Shown: in pieces, positions 1-8,830 of the stretch
Layout: the number at the start of each line of letters is the position of its first letter
How positions within the stretch are numbered: position 1 is the stretch's first letter
Translations under genes and position numbers: made by a program
DNA from: Flavobacteriales bacterium
GTDB taxonomy: Bacteria > Bacteroidota > Bacteroidia > Flavobacteriales > CAJXXR01
Assembly (NCBI GenBank): GCA_049607525.1
Contig: JBMYWP010000019.1
Coordinates: 1-61,640, forward strand
Reading direction: 5' to 3'
Length of the DNA: 61,640 bases
The notes under the pieces: model-generated
Databases searched by the model: none
What the model saw: the letters and a program-made list of their open reading frames with translations, nothing else
What the model was told of the DNA's origin: nothing

Positions 1-127
1 TAATTCCCCCTTTCAAGGGGCTCGGGGGATGTTACTCCTCCAAATTTCACTTTCCCATCTAATGGAACACCACTATGATCCCCTCAAGGGAATATTGTTT
101 TCAATACCAAATTAAAGAGGAAAACTG

Positions 128-568
128 TTACATCTCAAACACTTCAATTTTCGGATTCAGCTCCAACAATTCTTTTACAAAAGATTCATTGGAATTTGGT
201 GATATATAAATATCATCAAAAGCGTTGTAATAAATTACTAAGCCTTTGGTTGCTAAAGCAGGTTTAAATCCAACATACCTCGTTGTATTTACTTTCACTT
301 TTTTTATTGAGTCAATAGCTATTTTTCCATGGAAAGGACCAGAAGTGTAACTCAGGTAATTGTCGGAAAGTTCATATTTTGTATTAACAAATAAGCTTAA
401 CAAAAATACCGCCGTTAAAGTCATGATCGAAACCGGAATCAACGTATCTGTATTAAATCCAAAGTTTTCTGAAACCAGAATTTTATAGATTCCGTAACCA
501 AAAATGGCTAATACTAAAATTAATACTGCTGTAAACATCATCGAATTTCTAGATTTAAAGGTGGACAT
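128..568 (-). CDS. small membrane protein with 3 predicted TM helices and a PH-like (bPH_2/YdbS-like) C-terminal domain; hypothetical
   Basis: 146-aa ORF. N-terminal hydrophobic segments (FTAVLILVLAIFGYGIY, IPVSIMTLTAVFLLSLFV) are followed by a soluble approx 80-aa domain. The start codon abuts the (TTATGAG)5 tandem repeat. Confidence 0.55.
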   Translation of the reverse strand: MSTFKSRNSMMFTAVLILVLAIFGYGIYKILVSENFGFNTDTLIPVSIMTLTAVFLLSLFVNTKYELSDNYLSYTSGPFHGKIAIDSIKKVKVNTTRYVGFKPALATKGLVIYYNAFDDIYISPNSNESFVKELLELNPKIEVFEM

Positions 569-576
569 TTTTTGAG

Positions 577-611
577 TTATGAGTTATGAGTTATGAGTTA
601 TGAGTTATGAG
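577..611. repeat. perfect tandem heptanucleotide repeat (TTATGAG)x5 plus a partial copy, immediately 5' of the start codon of the minus-strand gene 128..568
   Basis: Direct reading of 571-611: tttGAGTTATGAGTTATGAGTTATGAGTTATGAGTTATGAG. On the minus strand it reads (CTCATAA)5 followed by AAAAATG. Confidence 0.95.
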
Positions 612-619
612 AAGATAAA

Positions 620-991
620 TTAATTCTTATTATTCAATCTGTTTTTCACAGTAATTATTGAACTTTTAGTCATTTTCAATACTTCTTCACATAAAACATT
701 AGCCTTATCCATTTTTTCATTTGTGAGGTACCCAGATTGACTTAATAGTTCAAGCCAATACAGGGTTTCATCACATTCTTTTTGGGCTATGGAAAGTTTA
801 TGAATAAAATCTTTCCCACTTTCGGCATTTTGGGCTTCGCGAATATTTGCGCCTATTGATGTACCAGAACGAAGTAATTGCTTACTCATAATGTATTCGG
901 ACTTTATAGTGTTCAAATACTTATACAATTCTATAGTTTCTAAGGCAAGTATAAAACTCTTTTTTTTCAAAATACTTTCTTTCATATTCAC
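620..991 (-). CDS. four-helix-bundle protein (family annotated as '23S rRNA-intervening-sequence protein', TIGR02436-like)
   Basis: 123 aa with the family-typical core ...LLRSGTSIGANIREAQNAESGKDFIHKLSIAQKECDETLYWLELL... Confidence 0.75.
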   Translation of the reverse strand: MNMKESILKKKSFILALETIELYKYLNTIKSEYIMSKQLLRSGTSIGANIREAQNAESGKDFIHKLSIAQKECDETLYWLELLSQSGYLTNEKMDKANVLCEEVLKMTKSSIITVKNRLNNKN

Positions 992-1075
992 CTTATTTAT
1001 ATTATTGATTTTTTTATCAAAATACTAAGCCTGCAGTCAAAAAACTCATCACTCAAATCTCATCACTCATAACTA
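992..1075. repeat. degenerate tandem heptamers (minus strand reads TTATGAG-TGATGAG-ATTTGAG-TGATGAG) between the flotillin stop and the four-helix-bundle gene start
   Basis: Plus strand 1044-1072 reads actcatcactcaaatctcatcactcataa. It is the same TGAG-ending heptamer family as 577-611. Confidence 0.7.
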
Positions 1076-3175
1076 ACTAAGCTTTTTCCCTTCTAATCCA
1101 AGGGCTTTTGCTAATCCCATTAATCCGTTGAAACCAGATTTTTCACTTGAATCCGCTTCGTTTTGTAATTTGAAGATCAGTTGAGCAATACTTAGGTTTT
1201 TAATGTCTTCTGAAGAAATACCATATTTTACGGCCATATCTTTCACTTTTATTAAAAGATTTCCTTGGACATCATCCGATCCTAAAATAGCATCTTTAAT
1301 ATCGTGGACAGTTTCTGAATGTTGAACTAAACGATCGTAACCTTTCGCTTTAGTAACTTGACCAATAATTTGATCGAAGAACATGGTTTCACCACCAACA
1401 ATATCAATATTTGCTGCTTTAAGCGCTTCGGCGATTACCATGGCTTGTGCATCGGCAATATCTTTTTGAATATTGATTTCTGCCAATTCAACTTGCATTT
1501 CTTTATCCAACTTAAGCTTAAACTCTTCATGTTCTTTACCAACACCGTCAAGTTTTTTCATCGCTTCCGCTTTTTCATCAATTCCGGCTGCTTCTGCAAA
1601 TGCCTTTTCTTTAATGATGTCCGCTTCCGATTGACCTTTTTGTTTGATAACCTCAGCTTCAGCTAACCCTTGTTCTTTGATTGCATCTGCTTTTGCTTTA
1701 ATTCCTGCAGCCTCAGCTAAAGCTTGTTTTTCTGTAATATTAGCTTCAACAATACCTTCTTTCTCACTGGCTTCAGCTTTTGCATGCATAACCTGAGCTT
1801 CCGAAATTCCGATTGCAGCTTCTTCTTTGGCTTTCGCTTCTGCAATTGTTTTACGCGCATCGGCTTCTTTAACAGCAGCATCTTTTTGGGCTTGAGCTTC
1901 AATTTGTAATTGCTCTGCTTTTTGTTTCGATGCTTCTTTCTCCGCCTCTGCAGCTTTTACTTCTCTAATAATATTTTCTTCGGCTTCCTGTTCAGCAATA
2001 GTTATAGCAACTTGTTTTGTTCTATCGGCTTCCTTAAAAGCTTCTAAATCTTTAATATTCTCTTGCTCTTCAACTACACCTTTCTCTAAAGCAACACGAT
2101 CTCGAATGACATCTTGAATATTCTTTTTCTCTACTTCAACAACTTTCTCTTTTTCAATTTGAGCAAGTGTTACAATTCTTTCACGTTCCGTTGCCTCTAA
2201 AGCTCTATCTTTTTCAACACGCTCAGTTTCTACAGCTTCGGTTCTTTCTTTATTCTTCTTGGCAACAATAATTTGCCTATCCTTATTTTCTTCGGCAATG
2301 GCTACTTTTTCATCGGTAGCAATTCGTGCGTTTTCAGACTTTAATCTTTCTTCTGCTGATACTTTTTCAATTTCAGCTAATTCTCTCACTTTAATGTTAG
2401 CAATTTCACGAGCTTGTTGTTCTTCTTTTTCGGCTAACTGTTTGTTTAACTCCAAAATAGCCTCACGTACCTCAACATCTTGTTTACGGATAACTTTTTG
2501 TTCATCACGCATTATCAAGTTAGCTTTCATATTTTGTTCAGCTGTTAACTTGGTAATTTTCTTTATACCTTCGGCATCTAGAATATTATCTTTATTAAGA
2601 TGAGTTATTGAAGTTTGTTCTAAATAATCAATTGCACAATCATCAATTGCATAACCATTTAAATCTCTTCTAACGTGCCCCATTATTTTATCTCTAAATT
2701 CGTCTCTTTTGTCATATAAATCAACAAAATCGAATTGCTTTCCAACAGTCTTCAAAGCATCAGAAAACTTAGCATCAAAAAGATCTTCCAAAGTTCTATA
2801 ATCTGAAGCTCTAGAACAACCAATTGTTTGAGCTACCGTAATAATATCTGGATCATCATCATTAACACGAACAAAAAAGGCAACTTTAATATCTGCTCTT
2901 AAATTATCTCGACAGACCAAACCATCAACACCTAACCTTTCAATTCCAATTTTCTTAACAGAAATATCCATTATTTCTATTTTGTGAAAAACAGGAACTG
3001 CCCAAATTCCCTTATCAGTTTCTACGGTAACACCTTTTTGTCCAGTACGGACAAGTGCTTTCCCTTGAGGGATTTTCTTATAGAATAAAGCAAAACTAGC
3101 TATATAAATAATAATTAAGAAAAGCACAATACCTATTGCTAGGAAAATGATCATTTGAATTTGATCTGCTGACAT
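1073..3175 (-). CDS. flotillin-family (SPFH/band-7, YqiK-like) protein with a long Glu/Ala/Lys-rich coiled-coil
   Basis: 700 aa. N-terminal TM helix, an SPFH-like region (KKIPQGKALVRTGQKGV...), then several hundred residues of EA/K-rich coiled coil. Sits immediately downstream of an NfeD-like gene. Confidence 0.8.
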   Translation of the reverse strand: MSADQIQMIIFLAIGIVLFLIIIYIASFALFYKKIPQGKALVRTGQKGVTVETDKGIWAVPVFHKIEIMDISVKKIGIERLGVDGLVCRDNLRADIKVAFFVRVNDDDPDIITVAQTIGCSRASDYRTLEDLFDAKFSDALKTVGKQFDFVDLYDKRDEFRDKIMGHVRRDLNGYAIDDCAIDYLEQTSITHLNKDNILDAEGIKKITKLTAEQNMKANLIMRDEQKVIRKQDVEVREAILELNKQLAEKEEQQAREIANIKVRELAEIEKVSAEERLKSENARIATDEKVAIAEENKDRQIIVAKKNKERTEAVETERVEKDRALEATERERIVTLAQIEKEKVVEVEKKNIQDVIRDRVALEKGVVEEQENIKDLEAFKEADRTKQVAITIAEQEAEENIIREVKAAEAEKEASKQKAEQLQIEAQAQKDAAVKEADARKTIAEAKAKEEAAIGISEAQVMHAKAEASEKEGIVEANITEKQALAEAAGIKAKADAIKEQGLAEAEVIKQKGQSEADIIKEKAFAEAAGIDEKAEAMKKLDGVGKEHEEFKLKLDKEMQVELAEINIQKDIADAQAMVIAEALKAANIDIVGGETMFFDQIIGQVTKAKGYDRLVQHSETVHDIKDAILGSDDVQGNLLIKVKDMAVKYGISSEDIKNLSIAQLIFKLQNEADSSEKSGFNGLMGLAKALGLEGKKLS

Positions 3176-3202
3176 ATTTTTATTTTTAAGTTAATAAGTA
3201 AT

Positions 3203-3919
3203 TTATTTAATATCGTCCTCATTTACATAAGGATGAACTAAATAGACAGAATCTATTTTAGATTTTTTTATAATAAGGACATCTATTCCTCGTTGAATTT
3301 CATTATCAGAAAAAGCTAGAGCATGAATTATTAGCGATTTACCATCCACTATTACTTCAACAGTTCCTTCTTTTTTGGGTGATATATTATTTCTTAAATA
3401 ACCTACACGCCCTACAAAATCAATTGGTTTAATACCATTTTTTCTAAAATCCTTAAAAAATGATTTAAAAGGTGTTGTAAATAGTTTAGTAAAATACAGG
3501 GATGGTAAAATTAAGGCAAAAAACCAAACAAAACCAAAACTAGAATTATATGAAACTGTTATTGATGTTGCTAACAATGTAGCTATCCACCAAAATAAAA
3601 TCCAAGCCGTTAAAGTAAACATAAATGGGAGTCCAACAAAGTTGAAATGTATAAGAACAATTTGCCACCATTTTAGAGGTTTTCTTCGATCTTTTACAAT
3701 TTGGTCTTTATCAACTTCTACATTTGCCACGTCGTCAAAACTTACTTCAGCACCATCAAGATGGGTATCCAAATCTACGTCGGCATCAACATCAATGTCG
3801 ACATCAAAATCCACGTCCCAATCGATTCCTGTAAACATAGTTAGCAACCAATAAATAACAAGAATACCTGAAAGAATAGTTAAAGGTAAATTTACATTTG
3901 AAAAAAGTAGATCTAGCAT
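3203..3919 (-). CDS. NfeD-like / YqiJ-family membrane protein (flotillin partner), C-terminal OB-fold
   Basis: 238 aa. TM helix, acidic DxD-repeat linker (DFDVDIDVDADVDLD), TM bundle, then a C-terminal beta-rich segment (GTVEVIVDGKSLIIHALAF...). Gene order NfeD-like then flotillin is the canonical pairing. Confidence 0.65.
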   Translation of the reverse strand: MLDLLFSNVNLPLTILSGILVIYWLLTMFTGIDWDVDFDVDIDVDADVDLDTHLDGAEVSFDDVANVEVDKDQIVKDRRKPLKWWQIVLIHFNFVGLPFMFTLTAWILFWWIATLLATSITVSYNSSFGFVWFFALILPSLYFTKLFTTPFKSFFKDFRKNGIKPIDFVGRVGYLRNNISPKKEGTVEVIVDGKSLIIHALAFSDNEIQRGIDVLIIKKSKIDSVYLVHPYVNEDDIK

Positions 3920-3951
3920 TGTAAAAATATAATTAAGAAGTTAAGAAAATG

Positions 3952-4010
3952 GTTATGAGTAAGTTTTTGAATGTTTTTTATAATGAGTTCAAGAAGAACT
4001 TACTCATAAC
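3952..4010. promoter_or_regulatory. 14-bp perfect inverted repeat GTTATGAGTAAGTT-N31-AACTTACTCATAAC between the pspA-like stop and the nfeD-like start
   Basis: Read directly. The arms contain the TTATGAG/CTCATAA heptamer. Candidate operator or intra-operon attenuator hairpin. Confidence 0.5.
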
Positions 4011-4021
4011 ATATAAAGGAT

Positions 4022-4747
4022 TTATTCTTTATTTTTTTTCTTCTTCTTGTTCATTCCAAGTTGTTCTTTCATTTTTTCCAACTCAGACTGGGCATTAGCA
4101 TCTTTTGTATCAATGTGTTTATTGATTTCATCATCTATAGTAGTATTCGAATCAGCTAAATCTCCATAAGCTTCGGCCATTGCCTCTTCTTGTTCAACTT
4201 TTTCTTTCATTCGCTCTAACATAGAAACTGTACCAGAACTGTCAATTTTAGACATTTCTTTGTTCAATTTTTTAGTCGCCGTACTTACTTTAACTCTTGC
4301 TTTAAGTGTTTTAAGTTCGTTTTCGTACTTTTCTATGGTATGTTTTTGCTCCTGAATTTTCTTTTCTAATTGATCAACAGCTTTAGATAATTTTTCATAT
4401 TCACCTCTTGTACGCGATGCATTTTCATCGTTTTGCTCTTTTTTAGAAAGGGCACTTGTTGCTAACTCTTCTGCTTTGGCCATATCCATATCTCCATTTT
4501 GAGCTTTCTTTAATAAAAGCATAGCCTTATTTTGATAATCTTTAGCTTTTGACTGATAGTTTTCTAAGTCGTTTTTAGAACGAATACACGTTGCTTTAAC
4601 CTGAGCCAAGGCTTCTATACTTTGAGAAAGGTTCAACTTCATGTCTTTAATACCTTGCTCTGTCATTTTTATTGGATCTTCCATTTTATCGATGGCAGAG
4701 TTAGCTTCGGCTTGTCCTATCTTGAATAATCTTTTGAAAATGTTCAT
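4022..4747 (-). CDS. pspA: PspA/IM30 (phage-shock protein A / Vipp1 / YjfJ-like) family protein
   Basis: 241 aa. N-terminal MNIFKRLFKIGQAEANSAIDKMEDPIKMTEQGIKDM... is typical of the PspA/IM30 N-terminus. Coiled-coil throughout, with a basic C-terminal tail. Confidence 0.8.
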   Translation of the reverse strand: MNIFKRLFKIGQAEANSAIDKMEDPIKMTEQGIKDMKLNLSQSIEALAQVKATCIRSKNDLENYQSKAKDYQNKAMLLLKKAQNGDMDMAKAEELATSALSKKEQNDENASRTRGEYEKLSKAVDQLEKKIQEQKHTIEKYENELKTLKARVKVSTATKKLNKEMSKIDSSGTVSMLERMKEKVEQEEAMAEAYGDLADSNTTIDDEINKHIDTKDANAQSELEKMKEQLGMNKKKKKNKE

Positions 4748-4759
4748 AATTTCTGGGTT

Positions 4760-5158
4760 TTATTGTTGGTTTGAGTACTTAATTATTTCGTTTGAAAATT
4801 CGCTTAATAATAAACTTAATGAGTTTATTGAAGCTTCTAATTCATTTTGGTCTAAATTTTCGAGTTGTAATGTGTCTCTAAAAATTAATTTATCTCCTGC
4901 TTCGTCTAAAACAAAAGCGCCATGGACCATATCACGGTTTTTCTTTAATAGGTTTACATATACCTGAGAACTTGGATTTTGGAGTGTGCAAAGAAATTGC
5001 TCCATAATTAAAATAGGATCTGCACAACCAATTAAAAGGTTTTTGATTCCCTCAGATTCATCCTGAATCATAATAATACCATCAGCTTCATTTTCGTGAG
5101 TTATTGTATATCCTAACTCCAATATGTAATCTCTTACTTTGTGAAAACTCGTTTTCAT
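4760..5158 (-). CDS. YjfI/YbjN-like (DUF2170-type) small cytosolic protein, co-operonic with pspA-like
   Basis: 132 aa, with a 12-nt gap to the pspA-like start. Its size and position match yjfI upstream of yjfJ (pspA-like) in enterobacteria. The assignment is from pattern memory only. Confidence 0.4.
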   Translation of the reverse strand: MKTSFHKVRDYILELGYTITHENEADGIIMIQDESEGIKNLLIGCADPILIMEQFLCTLQNPSSQVYVNLLKKNRDMVHGAFVLDEAGDKLIFRDTLQLENLDQNELEASINSLSLLLSEFSNEIIKYSNQQ

Positions 5159-5334
5159 ATTTAAATCGTTTATAATTTTTTGGTTAAAATAATCATTTTT
5201 ATAAGGATTAGATCAACATTTCTCAAGATAATTTCAACATCATCAAAAAAATTTTGAAAAAAGTTTGAGCAAAGATTGAAATCTCCTAATATCCCCCAAT
5301 ATCTTATAATGGAGCACAATCTTTACTCTAGATT

Positions 5335-5655
5335 TTAATTACAAAAAACGGCTGTTCCACTTGCAGTTACCATGAGCATTCCTCCATTGGCACCTACTGT
5401 TTCATAATCTAAGTCTATTCCTATTACGGCATTTGCACCTAATCTACGTGCTTCGTCTTCCATTTCTCTAAGAGCGGTATCTTTAGCTTCTCTCAATACT
5501 TTTTCATAAGATCCACTTCTTCCACCTACAATATCTCTAATACTTGCAAAAAAGTCTTTAAAAATATTGGCTCCAATTATGGTTTCACCTGTAACTATGC
5601 CATGGTATGAACTTACATTTTTACCTTCAATACTATTTGTTGTAACTAATATCAT
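5335..5655 (-). CDS. YbjQ-family (UPF0145/DUF74) protein
   Basis: 106 aa. ...[63 protein letters not shown]... is diagnostic of YbjQ_1. Confidence 0.8.
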   Translation of the reverse strand: MILVTTNSIEGKNVSSYHGIVTGETIIGANIFKDFFASIRDIVGGRSGSYEKVLREAKDTALREMEDEARRLGANAVIGIDLDYETVGANGGMLMVTASGTAVFCN

Positions 5656-5697
5656 TTTATTTTTTTTTTGTTAGATGTTAAACTTGTTTTTATTGAT

Positions 5698-5754
5698 ATG
5701 CTCATAAAAGTGGCAAAGTTTTCGAGTCTATACTTGTTCTACTTTTATGAGCAT
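5698..5754. promoter_or_regulatory. 14-bp perfect inverted repeat ATGCTCATAAAAGT-N29-ACTTTTATGAGCAT in the divergent ybjQ / XRE-regulator promoter region
   Basis: Read directly. Contains the same CTCATAA/TTATGAG heptamer. Confidence 0.5.
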
Positions 5755-5864
5755 TTTATTAAGCTAAATTCACCATTCAAACGATATTTTTACTATTTTA
5801 GCTCATATCAATAGTACAAAGATAGAAAACTTTTTTAAATCTGCAAATTTTATTAGCAATAAAT

Positions 5865-6527
5865 ATGATGACATTCGGAAATAATATCAAAAAAATAAGA
5901 AAAACCAAAAACCTTAGCCAAGCTGGATTCGCCGAGATATTCGATTTAAAACGTGCTACACTAGGCGCTTACGAAGAAGGCAGGTCGCTACCGAAATTAG
6001 ATACGGTAATAAAGATTGCTCATCATTTTGGCATTTCGATTGACAAATTATTAACAAAAGAAATTACAGTCAACCAACTTTCTAAGTTTGATGATAACCT
6101 ATTAATAGGTAAATCGACTGAAAAAATTAAGGATAAGATTCTTTATTTGCCAAAAGAAGATTTAAAAGAATATTGTAAAACGCCGGATAAAAAAGAATTC
6201 CAAAATAAATTGGAAAGAATAGAATTCCCATTTATTTATTTGGAGAAAGGAATTGCCATAGAATTGGATGAAAAGTTAAACGGATATCCAGAAGGTACTA
6301 TATTAATAGGTAAACGAACAAGACATCCAAAATTTGAACAACCTATTATAGGTATTAAAATAAATGGACTTGAAATTTTAAAGGAATTACCTAAAAACGA
6401 AAAGGAAATTATTGAATATTGGGTTTTGGAAGGCGTTTACACCTCTACTATTCCCGAAATCAATTCCTCAAATTCAACTTCTCTTGAAGAAAGATTAGCT
6501 CGAATTGAAAAACATTTGAATTTGTAA
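5865..6527 (+). CDS. XRE-family helix-turn-helix transcriptional regulator with approx 150-aa C-terminal domain of unknown function
   Basis: N-terminal IKKIRKTKNLSQAGFAEIFDLKRATLGAYEEGRSLPKLDTVIKIAHHFGISIDKLL is an HTH_3/XRE motif. Confidence 0.65.
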   Translation: MMTFGNNIKKIRKTKNLSQAGFAEIFDLKRATLGAYEEGRSLPKLDTVIKIAHHFGISIDKLLTKEITVNQLSKFDDNLLIGKSTEKIKDKILYLPKEDLKEYCKTPDKKEFQNKLERIEFPFIYLEKGIAIELDEKLNGYPEGTILIGKRTRHPKFEQPIIGIKINGLEILKELPKNEKEIIEYWVLEGVYTSTIPEINSSNSTSLEERLARIEKHLNL

Positions 6528-6570
6528 GATTAATAATTATATTCGTGTTTTAATCGAATAAATATCATTC

Positions 6571-8826
6571 ATGAAATATTATTATTTACTCATTTTTTTA
6601 TGCTTTTCTCCTTTTTTACTAATTGGACAAGATTTAAATCATTTTACTCCTTTAGAGAGTAAAGGTTCTGTTCAAAATGATTTTACAGCCTCTGTTCTTC
6701 AAATGCTCGAAAAAGATAAAGAAACATTCATTTCTTTAAAGACTTCTAAGGAGCGAAAAAAGCTTAAAAAAGAATTCTTCGAGAATAATTACACGAAGGT
6801 TTATGATCTAATAAGAGGAGGTAGTATTATTTCTGGAGACGATGTTACAAATGTTGTTGAATTTGTAGGTCAAGAAATAATTAAAAACAATCCGGTTTTA
6901 AAAGATAAAAACATTAGGTTTTATATACAAAAATCATCTGAGATAAACGCATTTTCTACTTATCAAGGTATGATTATTGTAACAACAGGATTAATGGCCC
7001 GAATTGAAAATGAAGCACAATTAGCTTTTATTTTATGTCATGAAATATCTCATTATCTAGAGCAACATGTTCTATATAAATATTTACGAGTTAGAAGTTA
7101 TGCCAATTCTTCATCATCAATAAAGCATGCCGTTGGCTTTCTAAGCAAATATTCTCAAGACAATGAATTTGAATCGGATGCTTTTGGTTTCGATATGTTT
7201 AAAAGTACATCTTATTCAATTTCTGAATCGATAAGTGCATTAAAAATTCTAGAAGAATCTAAATACTCTTCACACAATATTTTAGTTCCACAAAAATACT
7301 TCAATACACCTTTTTTCAACCTTGAAGAAGATGTCTTTGTAGAAGGTTCACATATTAAACGTTCAAAAAAAAATATAGAAAAAGACTTTATAGAAAATTT
7401 GAATAAAATTAAATATGTAACTCATCCTAGAATAAAGGATAGGATCTCTAGACTCATCAAACTAATATCAGCAGATAAAGATATTGATATTACCGATATT
7501 AAATTTATTGGTCAAGAAAATACATTCAAAAGGGCTAATGAACTCTCTAAATTTCAAAATATCCAAAATGATTTATTAGGTCATTGGTATATCGATGCGA
7601 TTTATAATTCTATAGCCTTACTTAACGCCTATCCAGATAATGAATTCATTCAAAAATCTATGGCAAAAGCATTATATGGACTAGCTAAAAAGAAAAATTT
7701 TTTGAATTTGTACAGAGACACCGATAAAGCCGATTTTCTTGTACAACATTTAGATGATTTATTTGATTTACATCTCAATCAATCTTATGGTAATATTAAG
7801 TACTTCAATGAAAATTTCATTTATAATTTGAATGCCAAAACGGTTTCGACACTTGCTATTCAAAAACTAATGGAATTAAATGATTCTACTGTTGACCGAT
7901 ATATCTTGGATTTAGTTTATGATATGGTAAATATTCATGAGCTTGATCAGAACAACTTTGATTTTGAAACACCTATAAAAGTAGCGAAAATTGATTCTTC
8001 TACCAAGGTTTTATCTGAACATCAAGAATTAGTAGAGAACTTACAAAATGAAATATCTGATCATGAAATCGAATATGAAAAATTAAATGAATTTCTTAGA
8101 CCAGCTTTTCTGCATTTAAGAAATAGAAAGAAACTTAGTGATATGTTTCATTTTATGAAAAAGGAAGCTAAAATCAACTTATACCTAACAGATGAACTAA
8201 ATGAAGACCTAGAACTCAATCTTCCCTTAAAACAATTAAAAACTAGAAGTAAAAAAATAGATTTAGAAAACACCATTATTTTGGATTATAAATATTATAG
8301 AAAGGTAGAACATGAATTTGATTATCGTAATTCGAATCGTGAATCGGAAAGTATAAATAAACTGGTATCTGACTTAGTGAATAAAAACGATCACAACACT
8401 TTAAACCTATCAGTATCCAACATTGCCAAGGATGATATTGATAAACTAATACTAAAAAATACAGTTAAGATCTGGATGAAAGAATTAAGCTTTTATTGGT
8501 TCTACGGCGTCATACCAATGACTCAAAACAAAATAGACCATCTTTCAGAACAAACTAGCACAGATGAAATATTATTGGTTAGTAATATTACCCAAGCTTA
8601 TGCCTCCGAAAAACAATCCATTCGAAATTTTTACGCCATGTTAATTCTTCCATACGCGCCCTATTTCGGAATGAAAGCTGCATCGAAAAAAGAAGATAAT
8701 TTGCTTTTAGTAGGAAAAATAAACTTAAAGTCAGCGACTTTATCTGCCTTGAAAACAAAATTCATAAAGAAAAAACTTTATTCCCAACAAAGATCTGCTA
8801 TACTTAAATCAATGTTCAAAAATTAG
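6571..8826 (+). CDS. secreted M48-family zinc metallopeptidase with large C-terminal extension
   Basis: 751 aa. Signal peptide, HEXXH zinc motif (ILCHEISHYLEQH), and a downstream Glu (NEFESDAFGFD). Confidence 0.6.
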   Translation: MKYYYLLIFLCFSPFLLIGQDLNHFTPLESKGSVQNDFTASVLQMLEKDKETFISLKTSKERKKLKKEFFENNYTKVYDLIRGGSIISGDDVTNVVEFVGQEIIKNNPVLKDKNIRFYIQKSSEINAFSTYQGMIIVTTGLMARIENEAQLAFILCHEISHYLEQHVLYKYLRVRSYANSSSSIKHAVGFLSKYSQDNEFESDAFGFDMFKSTSYSISESISALKILEESKYSSHNILVPQKYFNTPFFNLEEDVFVEGSHIKRSKKNIEKDFIENLNKIKYVTHPRIKDRISRLIKLISADKDIDITDIKFIGQENTFKRANELSKFQNIQNDLLGHWYIDAIYNSIALLNAYPDNEFIQKSMAKALYGLAKKKNFLNLYRDTDKADFLVQHLDDLFDLHLNQSYGNIKYFNENFIYNLNAKTVSTLAIQKLMELNDSTVDRYILDLVYDMVNIHELDQNNFDFETPIKVAKIDSSTKVLSEHQELVENLQNEISDHEIEYEKLNEFLRPAFLHLRNRKKLSDMFHFMKKEAKINLYLTDELNEDLELNLPLKQLKTRSKKIDLENTIILDYKYYRKVEHEFDYRNSNRESESINKLVSDLVNKNDHNTLNLSVSNIAKDDIDKLILKNTVKIWMKELSFYWFYGVIPMTQNKIDHLSEQTSTDEILLVSNITQAYASEKQSIRNFYAMLILPYAPYFGMKAASKKEDNLLLVGKINLKSATLSALKTKFIKKKLYSQQRSAILKSMFKN

Positions 8827-8830
8827 ACAA

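Noticed and set aside
1358-2603. Antisense ORFs inside the flotillin gene (1358..1666 +, 1717..1902 -, 1724..1909 +, 2259..2603 +).
   Set aside because: They lie within or opposite the low-complexity Glu/Ala/Lys coiled-coil region of the flotillin gene. Such repeats generate long spurious open frames on other strands and phases. Their translations are Phe/Ser/Cys-rich nonsense with no motifs.
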